DNA of 64,000 nucleotides from Giardia intestinalis (Eukaryota): NCBI GenBank assembly GCA_000002435.2, contig CM018793.1; one strand, 5' to 3'. Shown piece by piece: positions 60,001 to 64,000 of this stretch (position 1 is its first letter; each line of letters starts with the position of its first letter). The notes under the pieces were generated by a model. It saw only the letters and a program-made list of their open reading frames with translations, ran no database searches and was not told where the DNA came from. The position numbers and the translations under genes were made by a program.

Positions 60001-60238
60001 CTCCTCCGTCAAGTCGTCGGCCGGCGTCATAGCGGGCTCTGTCATAGCAGTGCTTCTTGTGCTAGGCGGAGTCATCGGGTTCTGTGTCTGGTGGTTCCTG
60101 GTCCGCGGCAAGAAGGGTCAGGCAGCTCAGAAAGGACGACGTGGAAAGTCCTATTCTGGCCGAAAGTATGTGCGGACTGTTTCCGATCCTGACAGCACGT
60201 CGTTGCTATCCACAGACATGACTAACTCGCTTCTTTAG
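54008..60238 (+). CDS. Very large cysteine-rich membrane protein (2076 aa): signal peptide, EGF / VSP-like CXXC repeats, one C-terminal TM and a basic cytoplasmic tail (HCMP / VSP-like).
   Basis: 'MLFAALAVLFSSASS' signal peptide. Dozens of CxxC...GY(Y/F) units (for example 'CTKCMASGCTECKAGYY'). TM 'VIAGSVIAVLLVLGGVIGFCVWWFLV'. Tail 'RGKKGQAAQKGRRGKS...'. No canonical CRGKA terminus. Confidence 0.85.
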   Translation: MLFAALAVLFSSASSPGCIDPTQNPDGEYECQHGGVCTRFETLLSSGFICDCPRGSFGRACNFCDRSFMLINDRCVSPACVLDGVSVCGGSGECLYTEDTDSWSCSCRDGFVNIAGTCVSSSCINPESPDLICSGNGSCRSLPGGETGDDYLCDCNDLHLGDHCEACNRRTSKPVTTNGVTECVSLECFTEDEELPCGGHGHCGSYPVDGKLSYTCMCGFGYSLVNKTCVASSCIFEYSNGHHVCGYDDSFKTACVESAQGEWSCRCPSDTTFMDGYGCVSSQCIENSGEPPCGGVGGCYVFQISGETKTYKCQCPHYTVGNFCKTCSPNEATNIDGVCVPNDCIYGNTSCNDHGVCHSLLVHSFCECESEFDTVDEMKHYCGIPECHDPNTKMLCSGAGACNEQTRVCVCINGFQYQSYGGCVPDKLINENGVCNGRGTASLKDPWDLPANEKLNATNPEHWICVCGTLYTGETCDQCNPSTSFTPTASPPESQPTGAPPQLPTCTPRDCYNDGYELKDPDPPVDPNQPSDPTYIDQPTKLCTNPLQENNSPLGTCESYKIEDEDMFICTSNDPNQYQQAYNSSSIYPVACTTPGQHYVRQNFMCGLLQGKTAPLEIRMVSCSTTETNGYNCTCNGEYNWVSRTINGVIHYSCMHDECLNDGATSGSSDINDYCSGLGDCILDLTGTTHTCACSANAVFYKNKCIPRACVSGWKDEQTPIICGGRGTCTHWGDGDWGCKCMDVDHYTYVSGGCYPNSCVYLWQNPTDGASYIQLCGGDSVVAGGTCIVDEADPSKSYCECNADFVRYGQTCVHKKCTSVDYHNDFQVTPDSICSGNGYCLFNSRTNMSTCFCTKGTAYGPFCSVEPCITNIEYEFGDTWGEITLNCGRPGAGVCNITGESTGECSCNPDYELLPPTSEHPELAKICVNTGCIDNGVYCGGDLAAVCGISRAVATCLCSQAFEAVNNTCVPKMCYAPNPDGMMAVCGGVGTCEKESGSNVYSCKCPTSGYTAAQMKYNGNTVWTCAPQSCVNGTDSSATVCGGTTGGSCVGSGGQYRCSCSDGFFLITPTQCVSNNCLSQNMNGQISVCSGVGTCSESTMGMFTEYYCTGCTTGFKAIDGKCVSESCYFQIDSLSKYYVCGKLGNFGECVGTGSGFTCSCSYGFFLAEKYCVPNQCTDNRRHPAECGGHGECKLKSLAEFTCVCNANYETVDTDELGLHYCVAQACMVKDNGVVTSICNGHGLCRKDRCSCYEGYADDPSASTNDPTGNCTVCATGYKEYPAPNTLTAIAANANCVKNNCGRSTQDDDCGGSTVANNPSCVYSSKTSTYECSCKTGHYSNNGICKVSSCTDGDSTVECGGSQFGTCDNTNNICTCVSGMVLVKPYLCVSPRCISNSATNEVCNGHGTCAINPRTQIAACRCTDDYVTARDGLCYLSTCFNDPEHSQPVVCDGADNSCNTGGECSCTPPFVKFAGQNGCVHSNCIQNGVVCGGRGVCRANLLYTQYSCFCNDEYILASDGTCQPRSCSRDGVTVCDNNGTCEADASGSTYSCKCNGTTILYMNGCVPRACFPQYNPRASLCGGNGLCDMSSGMCQCNSDASLTDELLCQPTDCVNPQYSATVCTNNGVCNSVSNVCLCVEGSSGKYCESCASGYKKYTSNDEYNGRCVKDSCGSKNCGTPGKCIFDSDIIEYRCLCNDGFYYSTSEQECRRCLMDNCVTCNGESSCAVCEDGYYSNGGRCRECDDDCRTCSGPEESHCLSCMPGKVHSTGVGPANCIDECKENEDGCATCGSVIAGSRYCSVCRGQTSFPLEGTCHAKTSRAGDACESVVAGRCTRCLGNYFLYEGGCYSSSRLPGSQVCSVVLGGNCLKCADGYYKAGSDVEHACVSCDGLMEGCTKCMASGCTECKAGYYPDTSNGRCMECASPCKTCNGAGGRCTSCAKGYFAQFMADDLNNYGECRNCSNTTADNGLVGVRNCKECVVFAVGSLSQPEMVHCSEFSSVKSSAGVIAGSVIAVLLVLGGVIGFCVWWFLVRGKKGQAAQKGRRGKSYSGRKYVRTVSDPDSTSLLSTDMTNSLL

Positions 60239-60278
60239 AGTGAATTCCTATCTACCGCTGTTTACTATCCGAACAAAA

Positions 60279-60710
60279 ATGGTCAACGACGAGGGGACGG
60301 CTCTCCTCTATGCTAAAGAGGCATCCGAGTCGACGAGAAGAACGCAAATCTATAGTATGGAGCCGTACGCGTCTCCAGGCGAGATACCGTTCCAGGAGCA
60401 GGCGTCTCCATGGCCAAACACCGGTTCTCTTATCCACCTGAGCCCAAGTGTTGAGCCTGTGAAGAAGAATGAGTATGCCCTTCAGCCTGGCATGCCGCTC
60501 TGCACGATACTGTTTGTCATGGGCTGTCTACTCCCTCCAGTGCTCTGGCTAGTCGGCCCTATATTAAGTGCTAGCCCTACTGTGCACCCGGATGTGCGCA
60601 CCAGGTTCTTCTACGCGACAGTGGCTTCCCTGGCATTCACAAGCATGCTTGCACTGGCAGCCCTAGTGACAAGTTTCATTCTCTACAACCAGACGGTCTC
60701 ATCTGAGTAA
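60279..60710 (+). CDS. Small two-TM membrane protein (143 aa; trimmed to 'MVNDEGT').
   Basis: 'gaacaaaaATG'. Two hydrophobic helices. Confidence 0.45.
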   Translation: MVNDEGTALLYAKEASESTRRTQIYSMEPYASPGEIPFQEQASPWPNTGSLIHLSPSVEPVKKNEYALQPGMPLCTILFVMGCLLPPVLWLVGPILSASPTVHPDVRTRFFYATVASLAFTSMLALAALVTSFILYNQTVSSE

Positions 60711-63700
60711 AGCGGCATTTTTGTTGAACCATTCAATGAAATCTGCCCATTCATGACACTCAGTGTAGTAGTAACTTCTACGGTAGCGAATGACGACTCC
60801 ATCGACAACAATATAAAGGCGGAGCTCTCGGACAGGGCCAGTTGGGAGGAGCTTGAAGAGGACGGTATAGGAATGGTTGCTCAGTTTCTCAATAAAGACG
60901 CGGTAGCCAGGTTTTGATGATTGAAGAAGCGTCTGTTTGGCTTGCTCCTTTGCAGGCTCGCCCTCCTCGTCTTTTCCGCTCACAAAGTAGCTGCTTCGCG
61001 CGATGGAGCGCAGAAAGTTATTAATCGGTCGGACAAAGTCTCGTATGATGCTCTCCAAAGAGTCAAAAACACGCTCGTTGGGAAAGGAAAGGGCCTCGTC
61101 GGGTAAGACCAGCTGCCTGATCACCAGTTTCTTGCTCACTGCCAGAGAGTTGCGTTGCCCGTTTGGAAGGAGAGGTTTGTAGCGCTCATCCTCCTGAATA
61201 GTGAAGTACATTAGCGACCTTGTGGTCTGCTGAGCCTCGGGGACACACATCACTAAGCGCAGCTTGTTGGGCCCGTTTCTGTGCGGTACAAAAATGAATG
61301 GTCGCTCGTCCACCTCTCGTTGAGCGTTCAGATACTCATATATCTTGCTCCCAAAGATATTCCTGAAATAAGGGTCGCTGATCTCTCTGCGAACGATGCT
61401 TGGGCGGAGGTCCTGCTGCTGTCGGTGAAGATGGTCTGCGTATCGCTGGGAGCCAATAAAAAGAAGGACAGGAATGTAAGTGAAGTAGTTCCAGTGGGCC
61501 TCCCTGCAGAGAAAGACAAGAGGCATGTGTGTCTCCACCGTTAGCCTGTCTAAGAACACTTGGTCAGCCCTTTCTAGTGGGTCAGAAATGTCACTGTACT
61601 CTGCCAAAATAGATGCCAGCTCAGTCCGGAGCTGCGGATGTCGGTCCTCGATAGTGCCGATATTGTTCAAGAAGTAACTCAGATAGTTAGCGAATAGCTC
61701 ATCAATCCTAAACGCGTTACTGAAAAAGCCTCTGTCGCCAAATAGCTCATTCAGCTGCGTCTGCAGGGCCTTGTTCAAAAGGTCCCGATACAAGCTCCCA
61801 ATAATGGTCCCGGACGACCCGGATAGAAGAGTGTACAGAGCAAGCCTAGTGAACGTTCTACACTGGGTTTGCCTCGTTTCGCCAGGATCAGATATGCCTA
61901 CGTCTGACAGTGCTCTGAGGAGATGCATTAGTGCCTCGCTGATGGAGACGGGTTTCTCCAAAAATGAGGCGAATTTCTTTGGCATCTTGTCGATTCTATT
62001 AAAGTACGTATTGGTTATAGAGGTGCTTAGCTTGCTGTACCTATAGCATTGTTCTGTACTCAAAATTGCATCCAGAAGACGAAGCTGTAGCTTATTCATG
62101 TGAAGCTGAGGAAGACAGTCCACTACCTTGACCTGCCTGTCAAACGCTGCGTCTTCGTCACGGGAGAGCGTGACCACAAGGGAAAGGACATTTTGATGAA
62201 GATCTATGCCAAAAAGGTAAGCATCAAACTCTGTTTCGATGGCACCCTCAGTTTCCAGTGTGGAAAGATCAGACAGCAAGGAAACCTGGCCTGTAAGACC
62301 TTCGTAACGGCTCACGCGCACCCGCTTCATCACAGAGTTGGTAATCCACTGAGCTGCAGGACAGAACACCTTGAATGCCCTATACCGCGAAAAAACTGCA
62401 GGGTTGGATTCCCCAGATAAAGATATGAAGATTATCTCCTTGCTGTACTCAATGAACGGCCGTCCCGCATCGATAAGCTCCATTGTGGGATAACGGAGCT
62501 GGTGATAGCGCGTTGCTTGGGTAATGACATCCAGTACTTGGGAGAGAACGGGCCGAATATTCTCGGCAGAGCACAGAAGATCCCGCAAAAGAGGATCTAT
62601 TGTCATAAGTTGGGAGCATAGGAAAATGAACCCCTCTGTGAAGTCCTTCTTCCCGCTACCAAGCTCATCACCGGAACTGCTTCTTGCAGTTCGATTGAGC
62701 CGCCCAACCAAGTACTTTACCAGCTCCTGCTGAAGAACGGATGCCGACCCTCCTGCGACAGAGGAGTGCTCCACGTAGTCGTCGCCAATGCTAGACACAT
62801 ACGTCTCTTTAAATCCCTTGTAAAAAGCCAGCAATAGGTTTTCAACAGGCTCTTCGTCACCAAGTTTGTCTAGTTCTCGGTCCATTCCTTTGTAGAGAGT
62901 ACAGATCTTTTTATAGTCATCGAGCTCCTCAAGATACAGTTGCAGCGCTTTGTTGTCCCCACTCTGCTTTATAGATAAATACCTGTAAAGCTCTTTGGCA
63001 AATAGAAGCCTAGACGGTTGAGGATTTAGATCCTTTAGTGGCACGCCCTCTGCTATGCTTGGCTGTATTCTTCCTAGCCAGTTTGGAGCCTCTTCCAAGG
63101 CAAGCTGATTGATCGAGCTGAAAAATTGGCGATGATTTTCTTCAGCCTTATTATGCAACTCGTTACGAAGACCGTCCAGCGCAGATCTTAAATCAGTGCC
63201 TCTGTTAAATAAAGGGTCAGCAATCAAACTACTACATGATGCCTTAAACAGCAGGCTTGTTAATATTAGTGCAAGGTTCCTAGCGGCACAATAGTCTGTC
63301 TGATACAAACCCATCTTGAGGGTCAAGTTGTGTAGAAAATCATCAAGCTTTTTGGAACCTTTAAACAAGCAAAACTTGAGGAAAAGACTAGCAACTAGTT
63401 GGGTCTCTTTACCAGATAGAGACACCATGTCATGATAGGTGAGCCCCATAAATTCCTTCAGCTCCAAACTGCTCAGGTAGTTAGTAAGGTTTTCAGGCCA
63501 GAAGATGGCATCTGAGTACAGAGTCTGCGGCTGGGTCCTTTCCGTCAAGCTTTCATTTGTGTAGCCATCCTCCTCATCCTGCACACTATTAGAAAATGCA
63601 TTGATGGAGACACTATGATAAAGCTGGGTGTAGTACAACTCCAACGAATTTTGTATCAGCATAGTACGATCGATAGCGTGTCGGTACCTGTTAAATGAAA

Positions 63701-63938
63701 AATCTTTAATTCGTGGCCCAATCCAACGTAGAAGCAGTGTAGTTACAATATTAGGATTCTCAGCAGTGTAGGCAGCAGAGTATGCTCCACCCGGGTAGCT
63801 CAATATCACGTCATGTGTGATCGAACACCCGTGGGCCAACGCGACGTTAACCAACTCGATGTATTTGCAGACTCTTTTCATGACATTCGTGGGGGTGTAC
63901 TTTGGATTGGTAAAGAAATCTATTAAGCTCTTCTTCAT
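60699..63938 (-). CDS. Large hypothetical protein (1079 aa).
   Basis: Uninterrupted ORF. Convergent 12-nt overlap with the previous gene. Confidence 0.6.
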   Translation of the reverse strand: MKKSLIDFFTNPKYTPTNVMKRVCKYIELVNVALAHGCSITHDVILSYPGGAYSAAYTAENPNIVTTLLLRWIGPRIKDFSFNRYRHAIDRTMLIQNSLELYYTQLYHSVSINAFSNSVQDEEDGYTNESLTERTQPQTLYSDAIFWPENLTNYLSSLELKEFMGLTYHDMVSLSGKETQLVASLFLKFCLFKGSKKLDDFLHNLTLKMGLYQTDYCAARNLALILTSLLFKASCSSLIADPLFNRGTDLRSALDGLRNELHNKAEENHRQFFSSINQLALEEAPNWLGRIQPSIAEGVPLKDLNPQPSRLLFAKELYRYLSIKQSGDNKALQLYLEELDDYKKICTLYKGMDRELDKLGDEEPVENLLLAFYKGFKETYVSSIGDDYVEHSSVAGGSASVLQQELVKYLVGRLNRTARSSSGDELGSGKKDFTEGFIFLCSQLMTIDPLLRDLLCSAENIRPVLSQVLDVITQATRYHQLRYPTMELIDAGRPFIEYSKEIIFISLSGESNPAVFSRYRAFKVFCPAAQWITNSVMKRVRVSRYEGLTGQVSLLSDLSTLETEGAIETEFDAYLFGIDLHQNVLSLVVTLSRDEDAAFDRQVKVVDCLPQLHMNKLQLRLLDAILSTEQCYRYSKLSTSITNTYFNRIDKMPKKFASFLEKPVSISEALMHLLRALSDVGISDPGETRQTQCRTFTRLALYTLLSGSSGTIIGSLYRDLLNKALQTQLNELFGDRGFFSNAFRIDELFANYLSYFLNNIGTIEDRHPQLRTELASILAEYSDISDPLERADQVFLDRLTVETHMPLVFLCREAHWNYFTYIPVLLFIGSQRYADHLHRQQQDLRPSIVRREISDPYFRNIFGSKIYEYLNAQREVDERPFIFVPHRNGPNKLRLVMCVPEAQQTTRSLMYFTIQEDERYKPLLPNGQRNSLAVSKKLVIRQLVLPDEALSFPNERVFDSLESIIRDFVRPINNFLRSIARSSYFVSGKDEEGEPAKEQAKQTLLQSSKPGYRVFIEKLSNHSYTVLFKLLPTGPVRELRLYIVVDGVVIRYRRSYYYTECHEWADFIEWFNKNAALLR

Positions 63939-64000
63939 GTAAATCCGTGTCAGCTTAGTGAAGTAGACATTTGCTATAAGATACCGAGTAGCGTCTGCAG

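Noticed and set aside
1-64000. Whole window as a large DNA virus genome (giant virus, adenovirus or phaeovirus).
   Set aside because: Housekeeping cellular genes (GlnRS, Rpt1, SEC11, SF-assemblin) use the same initiator and AGTRAAY conventions as the cassette. No capsid or packaging genes are recognised.
1-64000. CRISPR arrays, tRNA genes, prokaryotic operon features.
   Set aside because: No regularly spaced direct repeats. No cloverleaf-compatible sequences with conserved GTTCGA-type T-arms were spotted by eye. The gene signals are eukaryotic.

Overview
This window reads as an intron-poor, densely packed eukaryotic nuclear segment. By the sequence conventions alone it is most consistent with a diplomonad, Giardia-like. 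I cannot run a database search, so this assignment is inference. The evidence:
- AT-rich initiator elements of the GGAAAATAAAATG type sit directly on the start ATG of almost every gene.
- AGTRAAY (AGTAAAC / AGTGAAT / AGTAAAT) polyadenylation-type signals sit on or within about 25 nt of nearly every stop codon.
- There is a striated-fibre-assemblin (beta-giardin-like) protein.
- There is a 21.1-type ankyrin-repeat protein with the 'TALMxAA...LLxEKEAG' repeat.
- There is a 2076-aa VSP-like CXXC cysteine-rich membrane protein.

The right-hand two thirds (about 24.3 to 64 kb) carries ordinary cellular genes: GlnRS, proteasome ATPase Rpt1, signal peptidase SEC11, WD40 proteins, a TBCC-like protein, an SF-assemblin, an HCMP and several large hypotheticals.

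The left third is unusual. From about 7.1 to 21.2 kb it holds a tandemly reiterated, extremely GC3-rich cassette:
- a protein-primed family-B DNA polymerase (pPolB, phi29-like ExoI 'DFETTTDG') carrying a 510-aa N-terminal extension;
- a convergent P-loop deoxynucleoside kinase of the dNK / herpes-TK family;
- an 84-aa highly basic protein;
- an approximately 200-aa Cys-containing protein.

Unit A (7.1 to 13.7 kb) is intact and ends with an ankyrin gene. Unit B (13.7 to 19.8 kb) begins inside polB at codon 172, carries a cluster of frameshifts, and ends with a different 147-aa gene. A third, highly degraded polB fragment follows at about 20.3 kb.

Units are separated by a conserved spacer of about 450 bp containing a perfect 14- to 18-bp-stem hairpin (cgtttttttgggcc...ggcccaaaaaaacg) followed by 'atatatactact'. 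All cassette genes share a recognisable promoter module (aaaccatt..gaattc/gattc..ggaaaataaaATG). The array is followed by a 3.1-kb GC-rich block without convincing ORFs.

I interpret the cassette as a previously undescribed endogenous, plasmid- or virus-like, self-replicating element. It is probably decaying or pseudogenising, and appears adapted to a host that relies on deoxynucleoside salvage. This interpretation is inferential and needs homology searches and read-level validation.
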